A stretch of DNA of 64,000 bases from Batkoa obscura (GCA_030770535.1 JASVEC010000002.1:992001-1056000); one strand, 5' to 3'. Shown: positions 28,284 through 41,171, numbered from the stretch's first letter. The notes: generated by a model from the sequence alone, not told the origin. Translations and numbers: made by a program.

Positions 28284-29255
28284 GTTTGTTGTAAAACTTA
28301 AAAAATAAACATTTAAACTTTAAAATCATTTCTATTACGTTTTTTGAATATTAGTGATTTTTAATATGAAATTCGTAAGTTCAAACATTATTATATACAC
28401 TCTTAGTTTACATAAAAAACAGAGTTCTTTAGGTTCAAAAAAGAAATATATATATGTTTTTTTTGGCTTTACTTTTTCTATCTTTTAAGTGCTATTTGAG
28501 TAGAAAGATGGAAAAAACAGAGCCAAAAGAACACCCTCATATCTAATTCTATTCAGTAGATCAAAACCCTCCTACTATTTTACCATCGCCTCATCTGATC
28601 AGTATTATAAACAATTTCCAGGTTGACTCCAACTTGAAGTAGTCTTATTGTTTCTTCACTATCTCATTTACTTGATCTATCGAATCTTTATTAATTAAGG
28701 GATGTTTTGAATTTTTTACGTCAATAAAAGTATAATATAATAAAGCATCATTCTTTAATATCTTATGCTTTGAAGCTTTATTAGTATCAGCATTCGGTAG
28801 ACACTTGTTATATTTAACTATTTAATGATAGAAATTCAGTAATTTTACGACTTTGTTTAGTATTTAAGGATGTTTTCCTTGATTTTATCACTTTTTCCAT
28901 TTTTCGAGTGTTGTTTGAATGGAAAGATTTAGTAAAATTTTTAAACAAAAAAATATATCCTCATTTTAACTCTTTATCAAATAACTAATACAGCCATATA
29001 ACACAAATTACGATAAATTAAATTAGATACTGAATTTCATGATAGCTTGGCATTTAATGTCAAGTATTTGATATATTTAACACAATGAAAGTGAATAAAA
29101 CAATACCATTAAAAGTATCTAAATTGAAAGTTTAGTCGTTTTAATTAATGAGTTATTAATCAAGTTTGAAATTTCTTCTATCAATGTAGATAAATTAAGT
29201 TGATAATATACTCATATAAAAAGAATGGGACAAATATTCAAAATAGCATCGAAAA

Positions 29256-29603
29256 ATGAACCAAATTTTATTAAATACCATTATTTTAGCTTTTGTTGCT
29301 ACCATCTCTTCCGTTCCAGCATCAAGTGATAGTCGCTTATCCAGAAGAAGCTTCAACTCTTTTTATCCAGGTTATGGACTTGGTGGGTTTAATGGAGGGT
29401 ATGGTGGATTCAATAACTTTGGTTCTTTTGGATTTCCGGCTGTTATTAATAACAATGCTTTCAATGCTAATGCCAATCATTTCAATGCTAACGAATTTGA
29501 CCGTAATAAAAAGGCAGCTGTATTTGTTGATAATGTACACAAAAATGATGTAAATGCCAACCATTTCAATGTTAATAAGCAAAATAATGCTGCTATCATC
29601 TGA
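29256..29603 (+). CDS. Small secreted Gly/Tyr/Asn-rich protein, copy 2 (115 aa)
   Basis: Paralogue of 27882-28283; LSRR site. Confidence 0.9.
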   Translation: MNQILLNTIILAFVATISSVPASSDSRLSRRSFNSFYPGYGLGGFNGGYGGFNNFGSFGFPAVINNNAFNANANHFNANEFDRNKKAAVFVDNVHKNDVNANHFNVNKQNNAAII

Positions 29604-31340
29604 GTTTGTTGTAAAACTTAAAAAATAAACATTTAGACTTTAAGATCATTCTTATTATATCTCTCTTAAATATTGATAAGCTTCAAACTAAAATTTATAA
29701 ATTTGAATGTTGACGCATTGAACAATTTTGGTGGGTTTATCAAGATCATATTTTCACTATCCCATACAAAAACTCAAATTAGTTAGTTAAGTAACCAGTT
29801 TGTTATTCAACTTACAACTAAAGTTAATGGACATTTTAAAATTGTCTCAGAAAAGTAAATCAATAATTGTAGGAAAATAATGTTATCAAATTTGACTAGA
29901 TTTACATTAAGCTTTATAAGTAAAAGGTACTTTTTAATTGATGAATTCTAGTAAAGAATTAGCACTAAAAATTTTATGCGTGTTTTTATGTTAGAATGAA
30001 TACCTAATAATAGTATAAAAAACTTTAAATTTTTATAATTTATAAAACATTAGCAAATATACAATGCAAAAATTATTACAAGAATCCTCTAATTAAGATA
30101 GAAAAGATCTTTTGATACAATAAAATAATCTAATGTCTATTTTTTATAGATTAAAAAGATAAAAAATTTTTTTTACGATTTAATTTATAAAATAAAAATT
30201 AGCCAATTGAAACTTTTATAATCTATTTGTATGAAAAATAAATTCTATACAACTAGACTCTATAAACTAGTTTTGTTTAAATATGATAAAAAGAAAGTAA
30301 ATATTTTTCAAGCATCAATTTAGTGCAAAAATTTTCGCTGATTAATATTGATAAATTTTAAGCATCTGTTTTCAAATCTTTGTAGCTGCAAATTAAACAA
30401 TTAAATACAGTTATTTAATTGGCTAATTTACTTTACAGTGAACTTAGTAAAAAGATACTATGATTTTAGTAATTTCTATTTTTAATTTATCTATAAAAAG
30501 CAAATTAGTTTAAACTAAAAACTGAAGCAATACTTTAAAAAAGTATCAAAGAATCGCACGTCTATCAGATTTTAATATAACCTTATCTAAGAGTCTTTCT
30601 AGACAGCCTTGGATTTAACTGCTAACTAATATAATCTAGTTATTTTGTCACTATTGTAACTACTCTATATAGCGATTCCATTTCTGTCAATAGACATTTC
30701 GCATTTTAAAGTCAATAAAGTATCAATATGTAAAGATTCTCATAAATAATCTTATTTTTTAATGAAGAATCAGTTTTGAGAGTATACAATTGCAATGCTT
30801 GCATATTTTACAAAATAATCTTTTTCTTACTTATAAAAACACTAGTTCTTGTAATCAATAATGTTTTATTTTTATTAATAAAAAAAACTAGGTTTTTTCA
30901 TGAAAAGCCCTTGCAATAAGGCCATTTTGTTATTAACTTATACTTTAGAGCTATGTTAGTACAAAGTGTTTGATATCCACTTACTATGCTTATTTATTTA
31001 ATGACAAGAGTTTGGAAATTTTAGTAGTTATGTTTAACATTTTGACTCTTTATCACTTCACTAATATTATAGATTAATGGTTTGAGATAAATTAGATTAT
31101 TTGATTTTATGATGAGACTTGGCATTTACTCATAAATACGCTTAGCACATATACTATGATGGAAATAAACAAAGAATTTTATAATAGGCGTATAAATTGG
31201 TACTTTACCTATTTTAAATAAAAAACAATCTCTATTTACTCATCAAATTTATAACTTTAGTTTATCAATATAGATAAATCAATATCGGTATTTTAGGCAT
31301 ATAAAAAGAGGAAAATAAATCTTTAAAACATTATCAAAAA

Positions 31341-31754
31341 ATGAATAACTTCTTATTAAACACCATCCTTTTAGCCTTTACTGCTACTATTGCTTCACTT
31401 CCACCATCAGATGATGTTCATTTATCCAGAAGAGGTTTCGGCTCCTATCCAGGCTATGGGTTAAATGGTGGTTATAGTGGTTTAAACGCTGGGTCTAGCA
31501 ATTTCTATCCTGGCTATGGACTTGGCGGGTTTGGTGGTGGATATGGCGGATATGGTGGGTTCAATAATTTTGGTTCTTTTGGTTTTCCAACTGTGATTAC
31601 CAATGATGCTTTTAATGCTAATGCTAATAATTTCAATTTAAATGAGTTTGATAGTAACAAACAAGCAGCTGTGTTTACCGACAATGTTCATAGTAACAAT
31701 GTAAATAGCAATAATGCTAATGTTAGTAAGCAGAATAGTGCTGCTATTATTTAA
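31341..31754 (+). CDS. Small secreted Gly/Tyr/Asn-rich protein, copy 3 (137 aa)
   Basis: Paralogue; LSRR site, two YPGYGL units. Confidence 0.9.
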   Translation: MNNFLLNTILLAFTATIASLPPSDDVHLSRRGFGSYPGYGLNGGYSGLNAGSSNFYPGYGLGGFGGGYGGYGGFNNFGSFGFPTVITNDAFNANANNFNLNEFDSNKQAAVFTDNVHSNNVNSNNANVSKQNSAAII

Positions 31755-31851
31755 ATGGTACAAATTGTTCTAGAATAAATACTCTACAGTTTGAACTTGC
31801 TTTCATTTGTTTTACTTCTATAAAAATTTAAATATTTTTGTATCTATATAT

Positions 31852-31949
31852 GGGGCTGTTTTTTTTGATTTCATTATTTTTCCGTTTTTTAAGTACTATT
31901 TGAGTGGAAAATTTGTTAGTAAAATTCTTAAACACAAAAATACATCCCC
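31852..31949 (-). mobile_element. ~98-bp MITE copy
   Basis: ATAT|GGGGCTG...TACATCCCC|ATAT. Confidence 0.85.
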
Positions 31950-32540
31950 ATATGATTTTTTTCTAAATTAATAAAGCTATTTGATTTCTAAAATTTAGCT
32001 AAAGAAACTGTATTTTGTTATTTGCCATTTCAAATCCAATGACATTACAATTTTCTATAAAGTTATTAATATGTTCTATCTTCTGTTTTTTTTGGTATTT
32101 GATGCCCTATATCAGCTATTTTAAAAATTCGAATTACAAACTGATACCAGTTACTGCTTCAATCATGATCTTTATCACTTGATTCCTGTATATTTGACAA
32201 CAGGGAAGATTAAACTTGAAGTTCTATTTAGATTTGGTATAGCTTCAACGCTATTGTTTACCCTTATAAAAGATTTATTGGAATAGTTCTAATACTAACA
32301 TTACATATCGATATCAATATAATCTAAGTTTGTCATTTGGTTTCTTATTAATTTATCAAATTAAAACACTATTTTATTAGCTATCTTTTTTTACATTCAT
32401 CTTTACTAATAGATTAAATATCAATAACCATTTATCAACTTTGAATCATCATATAAAATCGTAAAAGATTAATTAATAAGTAGTAAAAAACTACTCATAT
32501 AAAGCCAACTAAATACTTTCTTAATGAAATATTCCCCTAA

Positions 32541-32969
32541 ATGTATAAATACATATCAACCATTCTTATTTTAACTTCCTCCACTATTATTTTATCTCAT
32601 TCAACATTACCTAAAACTTGCTTATTTAAACAAGTATTTACCACTTTTCCATCTGTTTTTGATATTGATGACTTTTCAAACATCCAATACAACAATCGAC
32701 CTCATTCTACTCCACCTATTTTCAATTTAAATAATAATTTTGGATGGGCTGGAACTAACACGGTTAAGACTTCTCCATCGAATTTCAATTCGTGTAGCCT
32801 TCCATCTATATTTGATGACAGCTGTTTAAATGCTAATATAACTACTTTTCGCAAATATGAAAGTAACAAAAACAAAAAAGCAACTATATAAACTGATAAT
32901 ATTCATAAGAAAAATGCAGATAAGAAGAGTGATAATAATATTAAATTTGATGTTGCTATTATTATTTAA
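32541..32969 (+). pseudogene. Divergent copy 4 of the secreted peptide family with in-frame TAA at 32889-32891
   Basis: ORF ends NKKATI*, but the same frame continues TDNIHKKNADKKSDNNIKFDVAIII* to 32969, aligning to AAVFTDNVH...AAII of the paralogues; the dibasic site is lost (LFKQ). Confidence 0.7.
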
Positions 32970-33284
32970 GTTTAATAGTTGAATTATATTTTAAAATAAA
33001 ATAGGTTTTTAGAGACTTAATATTTGAGAGCTATTATACTTAACTTTTTATAAAATTAAATAATTTATACAAATTCATATAATCAACTTGTTGCTCTTTC
33101 TATTATAACAAAAGTTATTATTTAAACTAAGATAAAATAAAAAATAGTCGTGAATTATTGAAACAAAACACAATTAAAAATTTAAAACTATCATTATTAT
33201 TTCATTATATAAAAGTATAAAAACCTTCGGAAAGCACTCTTAATAGTTTTCAAAATAAATAACGAAAAACCTATAAATTAATTT

Positions 33285-34027
33285 CTATTGATTGTTAGTA
33301 GAGTCCATACCAGGTGGAGAAGGTGGGGCTTTTTGTATATGATTTAATAGCTGAAAACCTTTTTTAAACACCGGTTTAATTAAATTAACTTCAAACCTAG
33401 TCAAATTATCCATTTGTAAATGAGAATCATTAATGGCTTCAATACCCTTTCTAATTTTACTTTGTCTTTGTTCTTGTATTTCTTTTAATAAATTTCGAAT
33501 AATATTACTTTCTTTGATATCATCAGAAGCTCTGAAAATAAAATGATAAACCCAAACTAAAAAAAATTATTAATGTTTGACTTACTTATCCAATAACATC
33601 TTTGATATTTCCATAAAATTCTCATTCATTTTGCTAAATGTAGGCTCTTCTCTTTCTTCAGCTAGCCTCTTTTTTAAACTTTCTAAATGTAAAGTTTATT
33701 TTTAATCCTCTTTTAATAATAAAATATTAGCTCTTACCAATCGATAACCATTCTGGGGGTACAATTGAGCACTTATTCTTACTCTTTAAAACTAAAGCTA
33801 ATCCTAATGGTACTTTACTCCTAAACGGTGGTTTAAATGGGCCTATAGCGCCCTTATTAAATTTAACTTAAAGCTCGATTTAATCCTATTATAAATCACC
33901 AACTTACCGAAGATAATTGTAATCGATCCATTTTGAATTTTGGTCTTATTTCTATCATCTTTATCTCACTTAGGTATTCCAATTCATCGAATTCTAATTC
34001 TCCTCGTTGTCGTTTTTGTAATGCCAT
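33285..34027 (-). CDS. PSF2: GINS complex subunit Psf2, multi-exon (missed by ORF track)
   Basis: Spliced: [21 protein letters not shown]...[33 protein letters not shown]...ASDDI...[20 protein letters not shown]...[16 protein letters not shown]. Confidence 0.92.
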
Positions 34028-34361
34028 TTCAAAAATTGAATTTTGTTTATTTTTTTTCAAATTGAGTCGTTTTTAATATCAGTCGCATTCACCAATGAAC
34101 AGTTAGTAAGTAAATTAGCAAATAATAGTTATAGATTTTTTATTTAACTGGAAAGAATTCCATTCTAACATCTAATCCAATAAAACTACCCCATTATTAA
34201 ATTTAGGTTCTTGCTTAATAATATGATTTTAAAATATCGAAATATATAATAAACAAAAACGAACGAGATATGAAATATGATGAAAAAGCAATAAAATTGA
34301 AAGCTGAATAAACAAAAAACAATGATTCAATTAGCTTCATTTATTAGTGTAAAATTTCTTA

Positions 34362-34895
34362 TTAAACAAAAACAAACAGTTCATCCCCTTCAACAACATT
34401 TCCAAATATTTTCAACTTATGGGGGGTTCTATCGCATTGTCCGTTATCCAGACTGAAGCACCTAATTAATTATTAATATTTAAACATTTAATTAATAGAT
34501 TTAAAATACCAAAAATGAGCAGGACATTTAATCTAGAAATTATAAAATATTAAAAACAGAGGTTTTTAGTTATCATAGAAATCTTACTGCAGTACCAAAC
34601 TTAACCCCAAATTCTTCAATATCAATAAGTTTGCTTTTATATAACGGATATCCTTGGTGGGGACAAAACTAAATATTGCACTTTAATCTTCATTGATTTG
34701 TTTATTTGAGAAGTAAAATAATAATTCTCTATTACTTACCGCTTCCATTACTTTATAATCGTCATCTTGTTTAACTATCAATAACTTTAATGTTCTATTA
34801 TCTAGTCGTAATTCTGCTTTTTTATAAATTAATTTATTGCCATTTTGTTGAAAATTTTCAATTGTTGTTAAATAATATTTGGTCAATTCACTCAT
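34362..34895 (-). CDS. Small Rieske [2Fe-2S] ferredoxin-domain protein; 4 exons
   Basis: Spliced: ...VMEA-FCPHQGYPL...GTA-IKCPAHFW-CFSLDNGQC; carries both Rieske boxes, CxH and CxxH. Confidence 0.85.
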
Positions 34896-35253
34896 TATTC
34901 TTTTTAATAAAAAATAGATTTTTAATTTGCATTGTCATTCTTTTAATTTTTAATTTTTAAATCCTATTTCCTTTTTAAAACTTAAATTTAATTATGACAA
35001 AAAAATTAGCAAAAAATGATCAAGTTTCTATAAAAGAAATCCCAACTTTAATTAAATAAAAAACAGGTGCTAATAAGAGGATAGAAGTTATAAAAGAAGA
35101 AATAGAGAGTCAAAAATAAATATTGGGGATAGGATAAATAAATACACATATTAAAGAATTAAAAAGAACACTTAAATAAGGTTTAAAAAAAGGTTGGTAC
35201 TTTTTCAACATACTACACATCATCTATAAGAGTTGGAATCACTTAAATCAAGC

Positions 35254-36540
35254 CTATGGTTTGGTTTCAGATACATTATTACTTAAATTATTATTTGACA
35301 TTAGATTCCAAATGGGTGGCAAAGAAAACTTTTGAGAGCGTCGATGATGAGATCTTAAAGTAACGTTGGATAAGATGGATTTTGATAATTGAGTTTCATT
35401 TCCAGTATTATTGTTTGTTTCGTTAGCACCATTGTTTTCAGTATTGTTGTTACTTTCTCTCCTCCTCCTAGAGTTTAATAAACTTGAATGTAAATCTAAC
35501 CAAGCATGACTAATAGTATCGCCACCTTTACCAAATACAGAGGAGACTTTATTTAGTAATTGACGTTGTACTTTACTCTCCGTTTTAATTTGATTGGGGG
35601 TACCTTGTGCTGTTGAAGAGCTAAACTCGGAATCTGGACTACTATCTTTTAAAGTAGAACTAGGTGATGGACATTTAGTACTATTTTTACTATTTTTATC
35701 CTCTTTTAAACTAGCCATGGAATGACGTAAAGATAAACTTGGATTAACTACTGTTTTTGAAGAACCCATTGAACTATTTGATAAACTGGATCTTAAAGAT
35801 GGGGTTGATCTTCTACTTGATACTACAGATTTAGGGATCTGTTTGACTGACTTTTGTAAACCAACCTCTTGTTGAGGAAGATTATTACTAAAATTATAAA
35901 GTAATTTAATACCATTTTCTGGGAATACTTCCACCCACAAAACTTTACGTAAATGATTTCGATTTGGGGTTTGAGATAAAGAGCGGGTTAATTTACCATC
36001 CATAAATTCAACAAATTCGCTCCAATGTTGTTTAGATACATATAATTGAAACCCTAAGAAAAATAATAATTCAACTTCCATCTTATTGATTTCTTCTACT
36101 TTAAAGAGTCCTTGACTAACTTGTGCCCAACTACGATTATGATAACAGTTATCATAAAGATATTTATAAGCTATAATTAAGGCGGCTAATAATAATCTAT
36201 GAGGTGAGCTATTGGTGCCTTTACAAGCTGGATGTTTTTGTTTTAATCTAATCAAATAGATCAAAGCTAAAAACAAAGTAGTGATAGAAGAATTGGTTCT
36301 TCTAATAACTCTATAAATGAATTCGTTTAAAGGCGGTAAACCACTCTTTTCAATCTGTTCAGGCTCACAGCCAAATAAATGATTGACAAATCTTTCTGCT
36401 AATGCAATAGCTACTAGTCGTAATTGTTTACGATCTTCATCACTTGTTATTATCTTTTCATCTAAATGGGCTGGGATGATTAATTCTAAAGCATTTGTGC
36501 TTGGCCTTGGGTTATTGTTACTATTTGATATTGATAGCAT
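35254..36540 (-). CDS. Pho80/PCL-type cyclin with Ser-rich C-terminus
   Basis: LPPLNEFIYRVIRRT...LFLALIYLIRL...HRLLLAALIIAYKYLYDNCYHNRSWA...EINKMEVELLFFLGFQLYV is the PCL cyclin box. Confidence 0.9.
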   Translation of the reverse strand: MLSISNSNNNPRPSTNALELIIPAHLDEKIITSDEDRKQLRLVAIALAERFVNHLFGCEPEQIEKSGLPPLNEFIYRVIRRTNSSITTLFLALIYLIRLKQKHPACKGTNSSPHRLLLAALIIAYKYLYDNCYHNRSWAQVSQGLFKVEEINKMEVELLFFLGFQLYVSKQHWSEFVEFMDGKLTRSLSQTPNRNHLRKVLWVEVFPENGIKLLYNFSNNLPQQEVGLQKSVKQIPKSVVSSRRSTPSLRSSLSNSSMGSSKTVVNPSLSLRHSMASLKEDKNSKNSTKCPSPSSTLKDSSPDSEFSSSTAQGTPNQIKTESKVQRQLLNKVSSVFGKGGDTISHAWLDLHSSLLNSRRRRESNNNTENNGANETNNNTGNETQLSKSILSNVTLRSHHRRSQKFSLPPIWNLMSNNNLSNNVSETKP

Positions 36541-39335
36541 TCTTTCTTATATTATATTATATTATTAAAAACACAAATTGTTGTAAATAATAAAAAGAGA
36601 AATGATAGATTTGAAAATCAATTCGATGATTGTATTATATATAAAGCTTATATTCGATTTAAGGGGTCAAAATACTAATTTTAAATCAGAGTCATAAAAC
36701 TAAAACTGGGGAAATAAGAATATACTGATAAAATAATAAGTAAGATTTAATTGAATATACTCTACTATCTAATCAAGTTTATATAACTAAAAAAATACGA
36801 TCAAAGTTTAAAAAGAATAAAAAAATTTATTTTTCTATATTCACTTTTTTTATACTTAAATAAACATCTAACTTTTAGGTTAAAAATTACTAATTTCTGG
36901 TCGATTTCAAACTCTCATTCTTGAAATTGAAACTTGAAATTTATATCCAAATCATCTAATTTGTATACTTTTATGCCTTTTGAAACTGACTTTTGATACT
37001 CAAATGCCTTAATCAGCTCTTGAAACTATGTAGCCATTTATCTATTTTTAGTAAATCTTATCAATCATAGCCAATCAAACCTCCAAAAGATACTTTTAGT
37101 TGATCTAAAAGTATCTGACTTCATTGGCTTAAAAGTATTTTTATTAACTAAAATTTATGCACTTTAAACTCAAAGTTACTTCAAATTTTCAATAACAAAT
37201 AAAAGAGATCAATTAAGGTTAACTCTTTGATCTAATTGATAAAAATCAACTCATTGAAAGATCTACCACTTATCAGGCTGCCTCAGTTTAAATTTGAGTT
37301 CAAATTCTCTTGCAATTTAATTACTATTTAATCTATCTTAATCGCTTTTCTTTAAAAATCTACTTTCTTTTTTTAGTTATTTGTAACCACTAGCTTATCC
37401 ATTTTTTGCCCGCTTTTTAATGGCTTATTCAAATTCAAATTGGATTTTAAAGATTTTCTTTTGACAACAACTATTACGACATGACTTGAAAAAAGGCTTA
37501 TTAATTAAAATTAAAATTGGAACACTGGATCATCTTTTCTCCATAGTTTTTTGGCCGAATCCCTGAATTAGTACTAATTTTTACAACACTCTATTGTTTG
37601 TCTTAACTAGTTTTAATTCATTAGCATAGTAAATTGGACTTTGTTTCATTATCATATCGCTATTCTTGACTAATCAAAAATTACATCATCCTTACTCTAA
37701 ATTGAAATCTGGGTAAATATAACGTTAACTAAAACTTCATAATGACTGTACTCTTTTTGATAGCTCATCATTTGTTCATTTTATTCAATTTATGGCTATT
37801 ATGAGTTAACTAACTGTTTATTTGAGAGTAAGTATTTGACTAAAATTAATATCAATTTAATAATTAGGCTTTAAAAAAAGATTTCAACCAATTGTTTAAT
37901 TATAAAAATTGCCACTAAATAAGTCAGTTTATTTGAATTAATTTAATATTAGTTATTGTTATTATTTATTTTAGATGCAAATTGGGCATTTTGATTATGT
38001 TTTAGTGAATCCTGATTGTTGCAAAATATCAATTTTTATAGCTAGAAAATATAAAATTAAAAATGCCCAATCTACACTTAAAATATAAATGATGTTATGT
38101 AGAATTCATTTTGTTGTTTTATTATTTTGTATTACTTTTAACTCAGTTTTAAAATTCATTTAGTAGTTTTATCTACTGCCATTTTGTTTAAATCCATCTT
38201 TAATGTTTGAATTAACTAACATATTAAATGCCTAAACAAAGCTTTATCTTTAAGGACTTATATACTATTACTATTGAACATTTCGAAAATTCGATACACA
38301 ATATTCCTTCTATTACAAATACTTACAACACTATTATAACTTAAAAAAAGAATTTGGATCAAATATAGTTCAATGTGATTTATTAAAAAGATAAATGAAA
38401 CTAAAAATTTATTTTTTAACTTCACTTACTAAAATGAAAATCTTAACCCCTTATAATATTCTAGTTCAAGTTTTAGGCTTAAGATTGAACCCTGTTTTGA
38501 AGAGCAAAAGATTCAGTAGTTAAAAAAAGTAATTTTCTGACCATGGTATTCAAATGTTGCACTTTAATTCAAGTTATGGATGTAAAAATAGGAGCTTAAG
38601 ATTAAACAGGAGACTGAATTTTCGGTTGATACATATTCGAGCCTTTTTTTAAATTGTTTTGGGATAGTGTCAGTGCTAGATTATTTCATGATAACTTAGA
38701 AGATAAATAATCTGATTAATTACATTTAATATGAAAGTTGTGACTGCTTTTCACTTGAATTTTAAAGATTAATTAAAATAATATTAGAAATTTCTCATTT
38801 TATTTTAATTTAATATAAGAATATTAAGTAAAAAAATTATTTATAAATAACTGAGTTTATAAGCAGGATATTTTTTAACATGGATAATAATAAATTTAAT
38901 TAAATTTTATATTACAAGTAGTTGAAAAGTTTATCATGATTTTAAACTTGATTTCTCAGTTAGAATTCAATTATGTTTACAAAATTTCTATGACAATGTC
39001 CAAATCATGAAAAGCAGTGATGGAGTTATTTGCAATTAGATCTTTTATTGCTTTTAATTTCTAGTTATTTTTTTCTAGTATGAATTCAAGAATTCCAACT
39101 TTTCAATATTTTAAATTCACATAAAGAAATATTAATTACAAATTAAAAGCAAGCGATGATATGCAAAGCTATAAGTGGTTTTAATTGAATTTATTAATCA
39201 ATTTCAAATTTTGCATTCAAATAAAATCGGAAAATAAAGGAGTTTCAAATTAAACAAACATATATTTTATTCAAAAAAAAAGAAAAATCTATTAAATTGT
39301 GAATGTGTTTATTCTTATACTAAACCTCAGTAAGG

Positions 39336-39800
39336 TTAAATAATAGCAACACTGTTATGTTTATTAACATTATTATTACTCTTATTGATATCTTTCTTAT
39401 GAATATTATCAACGAATACAGCTGCTTTTTTATTGCGATCAAACTGATGAGCATTGAAACTGTTAGCATTAACATTGAAACGATCATTATTGATAATATT
39501 TGGGAAACCAAAGGAGTTAAAGTTATTGAATCCTCCATATCCATTATTATAGCCCAAACCGGGAGAGTAATAATTGAAACTACGTCTAAACAAATTTGTA
39601 TTTGTAGATAATGAACTATCTAATATATCTGGAAAACTTAAGGTGTTTAAAGTATTTAAACCATTATTACTATCATATTTATACTCAGTAGAATAGAAAT
39701 TAAAATAGCGTTTAGATAATTGTTGTTGGTTAGAGGTTGGGATGGAAGTGATAGTAGAAACTAAAGATAAAAAGATAATACTTGGTTTGAATTTAGTCAT
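39336..39800 (-). CDS. Small secreted Gly/Tyr/Asn-rich protein, copy 5 (154 aa; two Kex2 sites)
   Basis: Signal peptide, LSKR and LFRR sites, conserved C-terminal domain. Confidence 0.88.
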   Translation of the reverse strand: MTKFKPSIIFLSLVSTITSIPTSNQQQLSKRYFNFYSTEYKYDSNNGLNTLNTLSFPDILDSSLSTNTNLFRRSFNYYSPGLGYNNGYGGFNNFNSFGFPNIINNDRFNVNANSFNAHQFDRNKKAAVFVDNIHKKDINKSNNNVNKHNSVAII

Positions 39801-40020
39801 TTTTTAATAACTATTCGAAGTCATTGATTCAGGGTTTTTATATTTACTAGTTACTAATATTATTTATCTTTTTTGATAAAATAAAAGTTAAATTGATAAA
39901 TAGAGTTAATTATTAATTATAATAAAGATAATTAATGTAGTCTTAAAGTATTATTATTTGCTATTATATTTATCAAATTAAAGGTAATTTTATTTAATTA
40001 TTATTTAATAAATACTAAAT

Positions 40021-40118
40021 GGGAATGTATTTTTGTATTTAAGAATTTTACTAACAAATTTCCTGCTCAAATAGCGCTTAAAAGATGGAAAAAGTAATGA
40101 AGTCAAAAAATCATCCCC
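40021..40118 (+). mobile_element. ~98-bp MITE copy, TSD AAAT
   Basis: AAAT|GGGAATGTA...CATCCCC|AAAT. Confidence 0.88.
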
Positions 40119-40716
40119 AAATGTTGTTATAAGATTTAGTAAAGAATCTACTTTATCACCAAGTACTTTGAGTTATGACATACTAAATTAATTCTATCTA
40201 TTGTCAGAAGATTGAGAAAGTTTTAAACGTTTAGTAAAAAACAAAATTTAATAATATAGCGTTGGTTATATTTAAATACTTTTTTTATAGTAATAAACAG
40301 ATTCTTTATAGTTTTAAATAATGTGAGTTTGATTTTAAATAGCCTTGTAAAGTTGCATAAATAAACTCATTAATCACCGTTTTCTGAGTGTTTTATACTC
40401 AATATAATAAAATTTGAAAACTTTTGGATTTTTATTAATTTTTATTGAAATAAATTTAATTTATAAATACTTTTCTAATATATAGTAGCTTTTAAATTTA
40501 CTAGGTAAGATGATAAAACTATTAGTTTTTTTTAGATAAAGCTAACTAGCAAGTCTTTATAAGATACTAGTCTTTCCCTTATTTCCCTATTAAAAAGAAC
40601 TTGTTTTAAAATCAAAAAATTGATGCCTTTTATAGTAAAGTTAAAAAGTTTCAATCTAAATACATGACGTGAAGCATCAAAAGCATGAAAGATTTAATAT
40701 TCTAAATTTATAAACT

Positions 40717-40787
40717 TAAAATAAAAATAAAAATAAAAATAAAAATAAAAATAAAAATAAAAATAAAAATAAAAATAAAAATAAAAA
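40717..40787. repeat. (TAAAAA)n microsatellite
   Basis: About 11-12 tandem hexamers just downstream of peptide copy 6. Confidence 0.9.
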
Positions 40788-40832
40788 GGGCATTAGTTTC
40801 TAAATCTTTTGTTCTAATAAATATGAGCTATA

Positions 40833-41171
40833 TTAAATAATGGCAACATTATCATGCTTATTAACATTAATATGCTTCTTATTGATATCCTTCTTATGAA
40901 CATTATCAACGAATACAGCTGCTTTTTTATTACGATCAAATTCGTTCAAATTAAAGTTATGATTATTAGCGTGGAATCTGTTATTATTAATTACAGCTGG
41001 GAAACCAAAAGAGCCAAAGTTATTGAATCCGCCATTAAACCCACCAACCCCATAGCCAGGATAGAAATTGTTAAAAGTACGTCTGGTTAAGTAACTATCA
41101 CTAGAAGTTGGAAGAGAAGAGATAGTAGAGGTGAAAGCTAAGATAATGGCGTTTAATAAGAATTGATTCAT
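40833..41171 (-). CDS. Small secreted Gly/Tyr/Asn-rich protein, copy 6 (112 aa)
   Basis: Signal peptide, LTRR site, conserved C-terminal domain. Confidence 0.9.
   Translation of the reverse strand: MNQFLLNAIILAFTSTISSLPTSSDSYLTRRTFNNFYPGYGVGGFNGGFNNFGSFGFPAVINNNRFHANNHNFNLNEFDRNKKAAVFVDNVHKKDINKKHINVNKHDNVAII

Noticed and set aside
36541..39335. 2.8-kb gene-free stretch upstream of the cyclin
   Set aside because: No ORF, repeat or structure found; consistent with a long regulatory region
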